Positions 21,129 to 31,753 of a stretch of DNA of 64,000 bases are shown piece by piece (positions within the stretch are counted from its first letter, which is position 1; every line of letters begins with the position of its first letter). The notes beneath the pieces were generated by a model. That model was not told the DNA's origin and ran no database searches. It saw only the letters and a program-made list of their open reading frames with translations. The stretch lies in the NCBI GenBank assembly GCA_963798085.1, contig CAWCRS010000007.1:352001-416000 (forward strand), in the 5' to 3' direction. Origin of the DNA: an uncultured Gemmatimonadales bacterium (GTDB lineage Bacteria; Gemmatimonadota; Gemmatimonadetes; Longimicrobiales; RSA9). A program made the position numbers and the translations under genes.

Positions 21129-21541
21129 ACCGCGGAAGAGCAGCAGACTGATCCGCGACCCGATTGCCCTCGCCGCCCGGCGCATACCCTTGCTACATCC
21201 TCTGGTTGGGTCCCCCTCCGTGTGCGAAAGCACAGCGGTGGCGATCGAGCATCCCCCGGACAGGCAGAGCGGAGGCAGAGTCGTCGCATAAAGCAGCCAA
21301 AGTGAAGCAGCTGCGCAACGAGCAGCGGCTCGGTGCGGCTATGCCGGCTCAGGGACACGCAGGGGTCGACGCATATTGAAGCTCCGAGCCCGGTTGCAGG
21401 CGGCACGGGCGGCGCGACTTGCATCACGTGTCGACCGGCCGCGACAGGCAGCGGCGCGAGGGGGGCGGCAGGGCGCATTCCGACGGGCCGGTCGGCCCAG
21501 CCTGCGAGGGGATTGCGGGCACGGCTACCGGATCGGCGGGA

Positions 21542-21557
21542 CGGCACAGCCCGTGCT
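21542..21557 (+). promoter_or_regulatory. Candidate sigma-54 promoter
   Basis: CGGCAC-AGCCC-GTGCT, 65 nt upstream of the ATG at 21623. Confidence 0.45.
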
Positions 21558-21622
21558 TCGACGACACGCCGGAACCACCGTGGTGGTGGACAACTCAAGC
21601 GGGTCGGTGGCAGGTGGAGAGC

Positions 21623-22999
21623 ATGGAAGACACGCGGCAATGGTGGACGCAGCGGATCGAGAACCGGTCGGCAACGCTGGGTGTGATCGGACTGGGCTAC
21701 GTCGGTCTGCCCCTGGCGGTGGAATTCGCACGCAGCGGATACCGCACGATCGGGTTCGATGTGCGCGCCGACGTGGTGGCGAGTCTCATGGGTGGCGAGA
21801 GCCACATTCTGGACGTGCCGTCGGAGCGTGTGCGCGCCTACATCGGGGAAGGCCTGCTGGCGGCCACGACGGACATGTCCCTGCTGGCAGAATGCGATGC
21901 GGTGGCGATCTGCGTGCCGACGCCACTCAGCAAGACGAAGGATCCGGACCTCTCGTTCGTGCTTGCCGCGACGCATTCGGTGAAGCAGTCGCTGCGCGCC
22001 GGACAGCTGATCGTGCTGGAGAGCACGACCTATCCGGGCACTACGCGCGACGTGCTCCTCCCCGTGCTGGAGGAAACCGGTCTCATCGTGGGCAGCGATT
22101 TCTTCGTGTGCTTCAGTCCGGAGCGCGTGGACCCGGGCAATGCCGTGTGGCAGACGAAGAACACGCCCAAGGTGATCGGCGGTGTGACACTCGAGTGCAC
22201 GGCGGCGGGCGAAGCGCTGTATGCGCGCGTGTTCGACACGGTGGTGCCGGTGGAGAGCGTGGAAGCGGCGGAGCTGGTGAAGGTCTACGAGAACACCTTC
22301 CGCATGATCAACATCGCGCTGGTGAACGAGCTGGCGCAGATGTGCGACCGTCTGGGTGTGGACGTGTGGAACGTGCTCGACGCCGCGGCGACGAAGCCGT
22401 TCGGCTTCATGAAGTTCACGCCGGGTCCCGGCCTGGGCGGGCACTGCATCCCACTGGATCCGCACTATCTGTCCTGGAAGATGCGCACGCTGCAGTTCCG
22501 GGCGCGCATGATTGCCGCCGCGGATGAGATCAACGGCGAGATGCCGGCGTATGTGGTGCGCAAGGTGACGGACGCGTTGAACGATGACAGTCGCTCGCCG
22601 CGCGGCAGCCGCGTGCTGGTGCTGGGCGTGGCGTACAAACGCGATGTTTCGGACCTGCGCGAGAGTCCGGCGCTGGAGATCATGCGGCTGCTGCAGGAGA
22701 AGGGCGTGCAGGTCAGCTTCCACGATCCGTTCTGTCCGGTGATCGAAGACGATGGACACACGACGCTGCGCGGACTGCCCATGCACAGTGTGGAGCTGAC
22801 GGACGAGGCGCTGCGCGACGCGGATGCAGTGGTCGTCGTCGCCGATCACAGTGTCGTCGACTACGACCGTGTGGCGGACCTGGCGCGGCTGGTCGTGGAC
22901 ACCCGCGGCATCATGCGCCGTCACACGGGTCGCGCGCGGCTGGTGGGTCTGTCGACGAGCGCGGTCGACCGCATGGCACCGCCGGTGGGTGCGGACTGA
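21623..22999 (+). CDS. Nucleotide-sugar (UDP-HexNAc) 6-dehydrogenase, WecC/WbpA/TviB family
   Basis: GLGYVGLPLA, CVPTP, ESTTYPG, SPERVDPG, GGHCIP and AYK.DV.D.RESP motifs. Confidence 0.93.
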   Translation: MEDTRQWWTQRIENRSATLGVIGLGYVGLPLAVEFARSGYRTIGFDVRADVVASLMGGESHILDVPSERVRAYIGEGLLAATTDMSLLAECDAVAICVPTPLSKTKDPDLSFVLAATHSVKQSLRAGQLIVLESTTYPGTTRDVLLPVLEETGLIVGSDFFVCFSPERVDPGNAVWQTKNTPKVIGGVTLECTAAGEALYARVFDTVVPVESVEAAELVKVYENTFRMINIALVNELAQMCDRLGVDVWNVLDAAATKPFGFMKFTPGPGLGGHCIPLDPHYLSWKMRTLQFRARMIAAADEINGEMPAYVVRKVTDALNDDSRSPRGSRVLVLGVAYKRDVSDLRESPALEIMRLLQEKGVQVSFHDPFCPVIEDDGHTTLRGLPMHSVELTDEALRDADAVVVVADHSVVDYDRVADLARLVVDTRGIMRRHTGRARLVGLSTSAVDRMAPPVGAD

Positions 23000-24141
23000 T
23001 GCGGGTGCTGGTCGTTGCCGGAGCCCGACCCAATTTCATGAAGGTGGCCCCCGTGCTGCGCGCGTTGCGCGATGCAGGTGATGAGGCGCTGCTCGTGCAC
23101 ACGGGCCAGCACTACGACTACGAGATGTCGGGTGCGTTCTTCCGCGATCTGGAGCTGCCCCAGCCGGCGTACTACCTGAATGTGGGCTCCGCCAGTCACG
23201 CGGTGCAGACGGCGCGCGTAATGGAAGCGTTCGAGCCCGTGCTTCTGGAAACGCGACCCGAGTGGGTGGTGGTGGTGGGCGATGTGAATTCGACGCTGGC
23301 CTGCGCGCTGGTGGCGGCCAAGCTGAAAGAGACGACAGGCAGTCGGATCGCACACGTGGAGGCGGGCCTGCGCAGCCGCGACTGGCGCATGCCGGAGGAA
23401 GTGAACCGTGTGCTGACGGATCAACTGGCGGATCTGCTGCTGCTGCCGAGTCGCGATGCGTCGGAGAATCTGGAAGCGGAGGGCGTCTCACCAGAGCGCA
23501 TCGTCTTCGCCGGCAATGTCATGATCGACACGCTCTTGGCGCAGCTGCCCGCGGCGCGCGCCCTGGGGATGGCGGAGCGCTTCGGGTCGCCGCGGGCATC
23601 GTACGCAGTGGTGACGCTGCACCGGCCGTCGAACGTGGACAATGCCGCGTCACTGGAAGTGATTGTCGAAGCGCTTGGTCAGGTGGCGGCGGAACGTCCG
23701 GTGGTATTTCCGATCCATCCGCGCACGCGCAAGAACGCAGAAGCGTTCGGACTCGGCGAAGCGCTGAGCCGGCTGCGCGCGATCGAGCCACTGGGCTACC
23801 GCGAGATGCTGGGTCTGGTCGATGGCGCGGCGGTGGTGCTCACGGATTCCGGCGGGTTGCAGGAAGAGACGACTGTGCTGGGCGTTCCCTGCGTGACGCT
23901 GCGGGAGCAGACGGAGCGTCCGATCACGATTACCGAAGGGAGCAATCGACTCGCTCCATGGCCGCTCACGGTGGACGGCATCATGCAGACGGTGCACGAA
24001 GCTCTGGCGGACGGCGCGCTGCGGCGACCGGCACCGGAGGGCTGGGACGGCAAGGCGGCGCGGCGAATCGTCGAGGCGCTGCACGCCCATGGCGTCGTGG
24101 ACCGCGCACCCCCGGGCCGGCTCGAGCCGGCGAGGACGTAA
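22999..24141 (+). CDS. wecB: UDP-N-acetylglucosamine 2-epimerase (non-hydrolysing)
   Basis: GARPNFMK, HTGQHYD, HVEAGLRS, PEE.NR, TDSGGLQEE and TERP motifs. Confidence 0.93.
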   Translation: MRVLVVAGARPNFMKVAPVLRALRDAGDEALLVHTGQHYDYEMSGAFFRDLELPQPAYYLNVGSASHAVQTARVMEAFEPVLLETRPEWVVVVGDVNSTLACALVAAKLKETTGSRIAHVEAGLRSRDWRMPEEVNRVLTDQLADLLLLPSRDASENLEAEGVSPERIVFAGNVMIDTLLAQLPAARALGMAERFGSPRASYAVVTLHRPSNVDNAASLEVIVEALGQVAAERPVVFPIHPRTRKNAEAFGLGEALSRLRAIEPLGYREMLGLVDGAAVVLTDSGGLQEETTVLGVPCVTLREQTERPITITEGSNRLAPWPLTVDGIMQTVHEALADGALRRPAPEGWDGKAARRIVEALHAHGVVDRAPPGRLEPART

Positions 24142-24176
24142 CGGAGGGGACACTGCAGGAAAGTCGCACGGCTCCA

Positions 24177-25788
24177 ATGAGGGAGCGCGCGCCGGCCGGC
24201 GTCGAGCGCTGGGCCAACGCTGTGCTTGCCGGCCTGGTTGGCCTGCACGTGCTGCTGTGCTGGCTGGCGCGCCGCCCCAGTTTCCTGACAGGCCAGGACA
24301 ATGTCGAGTACACGGTGCTCGGGCAGTCACTGCGCCACGGCGGCTATAACATGCTGTTTCGCGTGGACCACCCGATTCACTCGCAGTATCCGCCGGGCTA
24401 CCCGGCCTTGCTGGCTGTGTGGGGTGGCCTGTTCGGCGATCATTTCCACGCGCTGGTGCTGCTGAGCGTGTTGCTTGCGGGCGCGGGCCTCGTCGTGCTG
24501 TACCTGGCGCTGCGGCCCTCATTCGGCAGTGGTTTCGCGCTGGTTTCCATCGCAATACTGGCGGTGAATCCGGCGCTGATCGAGGCGGGCGGAAAGGTGG
24601 CTTCCGAGCCTGCATACATCCTGCTCTCGCTGCTGGCGCTGCTGCTTTTGATGAAGGAGGACCTGCTCGCGCGCAGAGCAGGGCTTGTGGTGGCCGTGAC
24701 CGTGCTGGCCGCGCTGACACGCAGCATAGGCATCGTGCTGATCACCTCGGTCGCACTGTATCTGGTAATGGAGCGAAGGTGGAAGGTTGTGGCATGGCTG
24801 CTCGTGGCGAGCGCGCTGACGACCGGCGTCTGGCTGACCTGGTCGGCGTTAGCGCCGGAGCAGTACACGGGCATGTCCTACATCGCCGACATGCGCGCCA
24901 TGCGAGGCCCGGGCGGGTTCATCGGAATGCGGCTTTTGCAGCGGGTGAGCCGGCGCATCGTGTGGTACGGCAGCACGGGAGTGCCCTATCAGAATGGCAG
25001 TGCCCACGATTCATGGTACGATCTTCGACAACATCGCCTGGATCGTGGTGCTGGTACCGGGCCTGATCGCGGGGGTTGTCATGCTGTTCCGGCGCTGGCG
25101 GGTCGCCGCGCTGTACGTGGCTCTCTACATGCTCTTTCTGACCATATGGTCGTGGCGCCAGGAGCGGTTCGTGCTGCCGCTGGTGCCGCTGCTCGTGCCG
25201 GCGCTGCTGGTGGGCTGGAGCATGCTCATTTCGCGATACAACAAGTCCGCCGCGCGGCTCGCGGTCGGTGCGCTGGCGGCCTTGCTGGTGCTGGGCGGTC
25301 TGTTGCGCACGGCGCCGGCCGTGGCGGCCGTACGAGGTTGCCACGTCAGGAGCGGCATGCCGCCGGACCGGTGTCTGACGCCGGACCAGGTCAGCTATTT
25401 CCAGGCGCTGCGCTATGTGGATGAGAACCTGCCCAGGGACGCGGTGCTGCTCACCGCGAAGTCGGGCGCGCTGTGGGAGTTCACGGGCCGTCGCTCGATC
25501 TCGTACGGCGGTGCGATGGCTCAAGGTGCGAAGGGGTTCGTGCCGTACCTCCGTCAGCAGGGGGCGGGCTGGATTCTGCTGGCAAGTCTGGAAATGGCGG
25601 AGTACACCCGTCTGTCTCGCGAAATGGAAGCGAACTGCGGTGCGCTCCAGCTGGAGGCTCGCTTTCCCGAGCGGACGTATCTCTTCCGCGTGATGGACGG
25701 AACGGGCGACACGCCCGACTCACCGGCCTGCGCGGCAGTGAAGGCGTATCGGGAAGCGAACGCCAAACACGATTTCTCAGGGGAGTAA
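24177..25788 (+). CDS. GT-C (ArnT/PMT-like) membrane glycosyltransferase; frameshift near 24993
   Basis: TM1 followed by D...Y..L..SL..G.Y and YPPGYP; SE and TR..G motifs; later R(F/Y)..P..P and a periplasmic tail. Confidence 0.75.
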
Positions 25789-27800
25789 TGCCGGAACTCG
25801 AGGGAATGCAGGGAAGGGTGGGCGAAGCGCGGGAGGTTCCGCGGGGCGCAGCCACGGCGCGACGCCGCGTGAGGCTGGATGGCAGGCCGACGATCTCGGT
25901 GGTCGTGGCTTCACGCGCTCCGCTCGACGATCTCGACCAGAAGGTTGCGGCGCTGATTCCGGACTGTGGTGATCTGGATGCCGAAATCGTCGTGGCGAGG
26001 GCATGCGATGGCGACGAGCTGCGGTGGTTGAAGTCGCATCACCCGAAGGTGCGCTGGGTGGACTGTCCGGCAGGAAGCTCGCGCTTCGAGCTTCGGGCGG
26101 CAGGCATGGCCGACGCCGAAGGCGATATCGTGACGCTTCTGGATGATGATGCGGCGCTTGCGCCCGGTCGTCTGGATCATCTCAGGACACTGCGCGTGGA
26201 TGAGCCGGCGGAAGTGGCAGGATCGCAGACGCGCGCGGAGATGATCGCGCAGGCCGCCTGGGAAGATGAATGGAACCGCAACTACGAAGGGGCGGAGGAA
26301 GCCCCGCGTCCGCCCGACGTGCGCGCGGTGGATCGTCTCGAGCCGGGTGATCATGTCGTCATCATCGGCGGCGGACCCGGCGGCCTGACACCTGCTTATC
26401 AGCTCGCCAGGCGCGGCGTGCGCGTAACCGTGCTGGAAGCCGACGACATGGTGGGCGGCATCTCGCGCACCGCGCGATACAATGGCTACCGCTTTGATAT
26501 CGGCGGACACCGTTTCTTCACGAAGATCAAGCGCGTCGAGGATTTCTGGAAGGAGATCCTGGGCGACGATTTCATCTCCGTGCCTCGCCTTTCGCGCATT
26601 CATTACGACGGCAAGTTCTTCGACTATCCGCTCAAGGCCAGGAACGCGCTGACCGGGCTGGGCGTGTGGAAGGCGGTCCAGATCGTGGCCAGCTACCTGT
26701 ACGCGCACGTGCGGCCCAGCGCGGAAGAAGACAATCTGGAGCAGTGGGTCACCAACCGCTTCGGGCGCCTGCTTTACGAGATCTTCTTCAAGACGTACAC
26801 GGAGAAGGTGTGGGGTATTCCGTGCACGGAGATCCGCGCCGAGTGGGCAGCGCAGCGCATCCAGAATCTCTCGCTGGCGAAGGCGATTCTCTCCGCGGCG
26901 GCGGTGAATCGCCGGTCGACCAAGATCAAGACGCTGATTCACGAGTTCCAGTATCCCCGCCTGGGCCCCGGGCAAATGTGGGAAGCGTGTCGCGACAAGA
27001 TCGAAGCGTTGGGTGGCCGGGTACTGATGCGGCACAAGGTGACCGGCATCGAAGTGCGCGCGGGGCGTGTGACGGCGGTGACGTGCGCGACGCCCGACGG
27101 GCCCGTGCGCGTTGCCGGTGATCATTTCATTTCGACAATGGCGGTACGCAGCCTGGTACAGGCTCTGGACTGTGACACAGGGGTGCCGCGTGCAGCGCGT
27201 GCGGCTGCGGAGGGTCTCAAGTATCGTGACTTCCTGACGGTCGCGCTGATCCTGGATCGCGAGGACCTGTTCCCGGACAACTGGATCTACATTCACTCGC
27301 CGGGAGTGAAGGTGGGCCGCATCCAGAACTTCAATAACTGGAGCCGTGCGATGGTGCCGGAGCCCGGGCGCACCTGCCTGGGCATGGAATATTTCTGCTT
27401 CGAAGGCGATGGCCTCTGGACCAGCGCGGATCAGGATCTGATCGCACTGGGAGCGGAGGAACTGAAGCAACTCGGTCTGGCGAACGGCGCGAACGTGGTA
27501 GACGGCACGGTGGTCCGCATGCCCAAGGCGTATCCCGTGTACGACTCGGAGTATCGCACGCACCTCGACACGGTGCGCGGCTTCATCGATCTGATTCCGA
27601 ATCTGCATCTCGTGGGCCGCAACGGGATGCACAAGTACAACAACCAGGACCACTCCATGCTGACCGCGATGCTGACGCTGGAGAACATGGACGGCGCGCA
27701 GCACGATGTCTGGGCGGTCAACACGGATTTCGAGTACCACGAGGAGCAGCGCGTGGAGCGCGAACCCGCGGAGCGCGCGACGAGCGGCGTGGCCCGGTAA
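25788..27800 (+). CDS. FAD-dependent oxidoreductase (HemY/UDP-galactopyranose-mutase-like) with N-terminal GT2-like segment
   Basis: IIGGGPGG, FDIGGHRFF, YP..GPGQ.WE and GRNGMHKYNNQDHSM motifs; N-terminal ISVVV...GDIV.LLDDD. An alternative start exists at 26241. Confidence 0.82.
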   Translation: MPELEGMQGRVGEAREVPRGAATARRRVRLDGRPTISVVVASRAPLDDLDQKVAALIPDCGDLDAEIVVARACDGDELRWLKSHHPKVRWVDCPAGSSRFELRAAGMADAEGDIVTLLDDDAALAPGRLDHLRTLRVDEPAEVAGSQTRAEMIAQAAWEDEWNRNYEGAEEAPRPPDVRAVDRLEPGDHVVIIGGGPGGLTPAYQLARRGVRVTVLEADDMVGGISRTARYNGYRFDIGGHRFFTKIKRVEDFWKEILGDDFISVPRLSRIHYDGKFFDYPLKARNALTGLGVWKAVQIVASYLYAHVRPSAEEDNLEQWVTNRFGRLLYEIFFKTYTEKVWGIPCTEIRAEWAAQRIQNLSLAKAILSAAAVNRRSTKIKTLIHEFQYPRLGPGQMWEACRDKIEALGGRVLMRHKVTGIEVRAGRVTAVTCATPDGPVRVAGDHFISTMAVRSLVQALDCDTGVPRAARAAAEGLKYRDFLTVALILDREDLFPDNWIYIHSPGVKVGRIQNFNNWSRAMVPEPGRTCLGMEYFCFEGDGLWTSADQDLIALGAEELKQLGLANGANVVDGTVVRMPKAYPVYDSEYRTHLDTVRGFIDLIPNLHLVGRNGMHKYNNQDHSMLTAMLTLENMDGAQHDVWAVNTDFEYHEEQRVEREPAERATSGVAR

Positions 27801-27804
27801 CAGC

Positions 27805-28996
27805 TTGCGCATTGGCGTGGATGCGAGCTGCCTGGCGAACGGGCGCGGCTACGGGCGCTTCACGCGGGAGCTGCTGCGCACGATGGTGGCGCGCGCACCG
27901 GAAGAGGAATGGATCTGCTTTGCGGATGCGCGCGCCGCGGCGGCATTCGATATCCAGGCCGGGAATGTCCGGCTGGTCGAAGTAGCGCAGACCGAGTCCC
28001 CCACACAGGCCGCGGCCGCGGACGGTCATCGTTCGCCGGCGGACATGCTGCGCTTCACGCGCGCAGTCTGGCGGGCGCGACCGGATGTGTTCTTCAGCCC
28101 GTCCGTCTACACCTTTTTCCCGTTGCCGCCGCGACTGCCGGCCCTCATGGCCATACACGACGCGATTCCGGAGCGTTTCCCGGAGCTGACGCTGCCCTCG
28201 CGGCGGGCGCGACTGTTCTGGCGTGGCAAAGTGAGTCTGGCGCTGGCGCAGTCGAAGCTTGTGCTGACGGTTTCGGCGTATGCCGCGAGCGAGCTTAACA
28301 CGGTGTTAGGGATCGCCGCGCGCCGCATCCGGGTGGCGCTGCCCGCGCCGTCCGCGGCGTATCATCCCGAGTCTGCCGCCGCGGCGCAGGCGGCGGCGGC
28401 GCGTCAGGGTGTGACCGCGGGTGCGCCGTGGTTCACGTACGTGGGCGGCTTCAACCCGCACAAGCGCGTGGAAGCGATCGTCCGGGCGCACGCCGAGGTG
28501 GTGCGCGAGGGCCGGCACCGCCCGCACCTGCTGCTGGTGGGCAGTCTGACGGAAGATGTGTTCCACAGCGACCTGGCCAGCATCCGCGCGGCCATCGAAG
28601 CGGGCGGCACATTCCGGACTGGTGCACTGGACGGGTTTCCTGCCCGATGAAGAGCTGCGCGCACTGCACGCTGGCGCGACGGCGCTGCTGCTGCTGTCGG
28701 AATCGGAGGGCTTCGGTTTGCCGGCGATGGAGGCGGCCGCGTGCGGAGCGCCTGTCATCGCCACCACGGCCAGTCCGCTGCCACAGCTCCTGCCGGGTGG
28801 CGGGGTGTTCGTGCCACCGGGCGATGCGGCGGCAGCCGCGGCGGCCATGCGCACGCTGCTGGAGGATGCGGGGACGCGGGCACGCATGGGCGAAGCCGCG
28901 CGCCAAGGCGCGAGCGCGCTCCGCTGGGAGGCAGCCGCGGACGTTACTCTGGAAGCGCTGCGGGAAGTGGGTGCAGGCGTGCTGGCGGCGCGATGA
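27805..28996 (+). CDS. Glycosyltransferase family 4 (frameshift near 28612)
   Basis: RIGVDA...RGYGRF, IHDAIP, YVGG..PHK and EGFGLPAMEAAACG motifs. Confidence 0.85.
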
Positions 28997-30279
28997 ACGG
29001 CACGGCGGCGCTGCGCATCGGCATGTTCACCACGTTCTACCCGCCGCACAATTTCGGCGGCGACGGCATTGCGATCCAGCGGCTGGCGCGCGCACTGGGC
29101 CGGCGCGGACACGAAGTCACCGTGGTGCACGATGTGGATGCGTACAATGCACTGCACCGCGGAGCGGAGCCGGCGGATGTACCGGAACGTGATAACGTGC
29201 GTGTCATCAGGCTGCGCAGCGGCGTCGGGATTCTCTCACCGCTGGCCACGCAGCAGCTGGGACGACCGCTGGTCAACCGGCGCCGCATCCACCGGCTGAT
29301 GGCAGAGGGGAACTACGACGTCACCTTCTTCCACAACATCTCGCTGGTGGGCGGCCCCGGCCTGCTCGCGGAAGCGCGCGGCGTCTCGCTCTACGAAGCC
29401 CATGAACACTGGCTGGTGTGTCCCATGCACGTGCTCTGGCGGCACGACCGGGAACCGTGCACGGGGAGACAATGCCTGCGTTGCGCGCTGCACTTCCGCA
29501 GGCCGCCCCAGCTCTGGCGATACACCAACCTGCTGCAGCGCAACCTTCGGCACGTGCACGCGTTCATCGCCAAGAGCGAATTCAGCCGAGAGAAGCACCG
29601 CGAGTTCGGGTTTGCCCGCGACATGGAAGTGATTCCGTACTTCCTGCCGGCCGAAGCCGAATCTGCCGCGGTCACCGCGGCGCCGGGCGTCGCGATTCCG
29701 GAGCGTCCGCGCCCGTATTTCCTGTTCGTGGGAAGGCTGGAGCGGATCAAGGGTCTGGACGACGTCATTCCCGCGTTCCGTCGCTATCCCGATGCGGATC
29801 TCGTCATCGCAGGCGATGGCGAACACGGGGAAGCGCTGCGGCGGCTCGCGGACGGCGCGGACAACATCCATTTTCTGGGGCGTGTGCCGATGGCACAACT
29901 CAAGGGGCTCTACGAGCGGGCGATCGCGCTGATCGTGCCGTCCACGGGATTCGAGACGTTCGGTATCATTCTGATCGAAGCGTTCCGCCAGAGAACGCCT
30001 GTGATCGCACGTCGCATCGGGCCATTTCCGGAGATCGTCGAGGCGGCTGGGGGCGGCATGCTGTTCGGCGGACCCGACGAGCTGCTCGCCGCGATGGCGA
30101 AGCTGCAGGGAGATCCAGTACTACGTTCGACCCTGGGTCAGAGCGGGCGGGAAGGCTATGAGCAGCGCTGGACGGAGGAAGCCGTGGTGCCGCAGTACCT
30201 GGAACTCATCCGGCGGGTTGCGGAGCGCACCGGGCGCAAGCGAGTAGCGGAGGCGTTGAGCATGGAAGGTGCGGCATGA
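28993..30279 (+). CDS. Glycosyltransferase family 4
   Basis: TFYPP..FGG, HEHWLVCP, FVGRL..IKG and ETFGIILIEA motifs. Confidence 0.9.
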   Translation: MNGTAALRIGMFTTFYPPHNFGGDGIAIQRLARALGRRGHEVTVVHDVDAYNALHRGAEPADVPERDNVRVIRLRSGVGILSPLATQQLGRPLVNRRRIHRLMAEGNYDVTFFHNISLVGGPGLLAEARGVSLYEAHEHWLVCPMHVLWRHDREPCTGRQCLRCALHFRRPPQLWRYTNLLQRNLRHVHAFIAKSEFSREKHREFGFARDMEVIPYFLPAEAESAAVTAAPGVAIPERPRPYFLFVGRLERIKGLDDVIPAFRRYPDADLVIAGDGEHGEALRRLADGADNIHFLGRVPMAQLKGLYERAIALIVPSTGFETFGIILIEAFRQRTPVIARRIGPFPEIVEAAGGGMLFGGPDELLAAMAKLQGDPVLRSTLGQSGREGYEQRWTEEAVVPQYLELIRRVAERTGRKRVAEALSMEGAA

Positions 30280-31253
30280 AAGTGCTGATCACGGGTGGGG
30301 CGGGCTTCATCGGTTCGCACCTTGCCGAGAGGCTGCTCGCGGGTGGCATGCAGGTGCTGGCGCTGGATGATCTTTCGACCGGCGCCATGGCGAACATCGA
30401 GCATCTCATCGGGCGATCCGGCTTCGAGTACCGGGTGGGTTCCGTCCGGGATCTGCCGCTGGTGACGGAGCTCGTCGACCGCTGTGAGGTGACCGTGCAC
30501 ATGGCTGCGGCCGTGGGCGTGCGGCTGATTGTGGAACAGCCTGTGCACACGATCGAGACGAACGTGCACGGCACCGAGGTGGTCCTCAACGCGGTGGCAC
30601 GCAAGCGGAAGACGGTGTTCATCGCGTCCACATCGGAAGTGTATGGCAAGAGTACGGACACGCCGTTCCGCGAAGATGCCGACCTGGTGCTGGGGCCCAC
30701 GCTGCACTCACGCTGGGCGTACGCCTGCTCGAAGGCGCTCGACGAATGGCTGGCGCTGGCCTACGCGCGTGAGAAGCACGTGCCGGTCATTATCGCGCGT
30801 TTCTTCAATACCGTGGGTCCCAGGCAGACGGGGCGCTACGGCATGGTGCTGCCGCGCTTCGCGGCACAGGCAGTGGCCAACGAGCCGATCGAGGTGTTCG
30901 GCTCGGGAGAGCAGACACGCTGCTTCGGACACGTGCGCGACGCCGTGGAAGCAGTAGCGAGGCTCATCGTCGAGCCGCGTGCCGCCGGTCAGGTGTTCAA
31001 CATCGGTGCTGACGAGGAAGTCAGCATCAACGAGCTGGCGCGGCGGGTGCGCAATGCGGCAGGGAGCACGTCGGAGATCGTGCACATTCCTTATGATGAG
31101 GCATACGCGGAAGGCTTCGAAGACATGCCTCGGCGCAAGCCGGACGTGAGCAAGCTGGAGCGCATCATCGGATTCCGGCCGCGCATATCGCTGCAGCAGA
31201 TCATCGAAGACGTGCTGGCCGACGTGCGCTCGCGCTCGGGCGTAGCGGTCTGA
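30276..31253 (+). CDS. NAD-dependent nucleotide-sugar epimerase/dehydratase (extended SDR)
   Basis: TGGAGFIG, STSEVYG, YACSK and RFFNTVGPRQ motifs. Confidence 0.92.
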   Translation: MKVLITGGAGFIGSHLAERLLAGGMQVLALDDLSTGAMANIEHLIGRSGFEYRVGSVRDLPLVTELVDRCEVTVHMAAAVGVRLIVEQPVHTIETNVHGTEVVLNAVARKRKTVFIASTSEVYGKSTDTPFREDADLVLGPTLHSRWAYACSKALDEWLALAYAREKHVPVIIARFFNTVGPRQTGRYGMVLPRFAAQAVANEPIEVFGSGEQTRCFGHVRDAVEAVARLIVEPRAAGQVFNIGADEEVSINELARRVRNAAGSTSEIVHIPYDEAYAEGFEDMPRRKPDVSKLERIIGFRPRISLQQIIEDVLADVRSRSGVAV

Positions 31254-31332
31254 TGTCGTATTGCTGGCGAGAGACGGGCGGGAGGCCGGTGGTGGCGGCT
31301 ACGGCAACAGAGGCGGGGAAAGGCAGGAACGC

Positions 31333-31731
31333 ATGATCCAGGGAACGGAACCAATGGGCGCGACCGGCGAGGACGCGCTCGACCTGGAGCTGACACGCGA
31401 ACTGCAGCTGGCCTTCGCGCCTCTGCACAAACGCGCATTCGGCGTCGCGGTTGGCACGGCGCTGGCGCTGCTGGTGGCCGCGATCACGCTGTTCCACGTC
31501 GTGATCGACCCGGAGGACAAGCGCTACATCTCACTGCTCGCGCAATACTTCTACGGCTATCGCGTGACGTGGACGGGTGCTTTCGTGGGCTCCTTCTGGG
31601 GCTTCATCGTAGGCTTCGTGCTGGGCTGGTTTTCCGCGTTCTGCCGCAACCTGGCGATCGCGATATCGGTTTTCGTGACGCGAACGCGCGCGGAGCTGGG
31701 TGAGACGCGCGATTTTCTGGACCACATCTGA
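31333..31731 (+). CDS. Small membrane protein of unknown function (paralogue A)
   Basis: TM - LL..YF.GY.VT..G..VG..WGF - TM pattern shared with the next gene. Confidence 0.7.
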   Translation: MIQGTEPMGATGEDALDLELTRELQLAFAPLHKRAFGVAVGTALALLVAAITLFHVVIDPEDKRYISLLAQYFYGYRVTWTGAFVGSFWGFIVGFVLGWFSAFCRNLAIAISVFVTRTRAELGETRDFLDHI

Positions 31732-31753
31732 GCATCGGACGGAGAAACCCGGC

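Noticed and set aside
21178..21194. Additional sigma-54 box CGGCGCATACCCTTGCT
   Set aside because: Spacing is GG-N11-GC, one base too long, and a correctly spaced box exists at 21542.
20975..22924. Long antisense ORFs (also 25911-27812, 36326-38053, 54488-56044, 59123-60775 and others)
   Set aside because: They are shadow frames of well-supported genes, expected in high-GC DNA, with no recognisable motifs.
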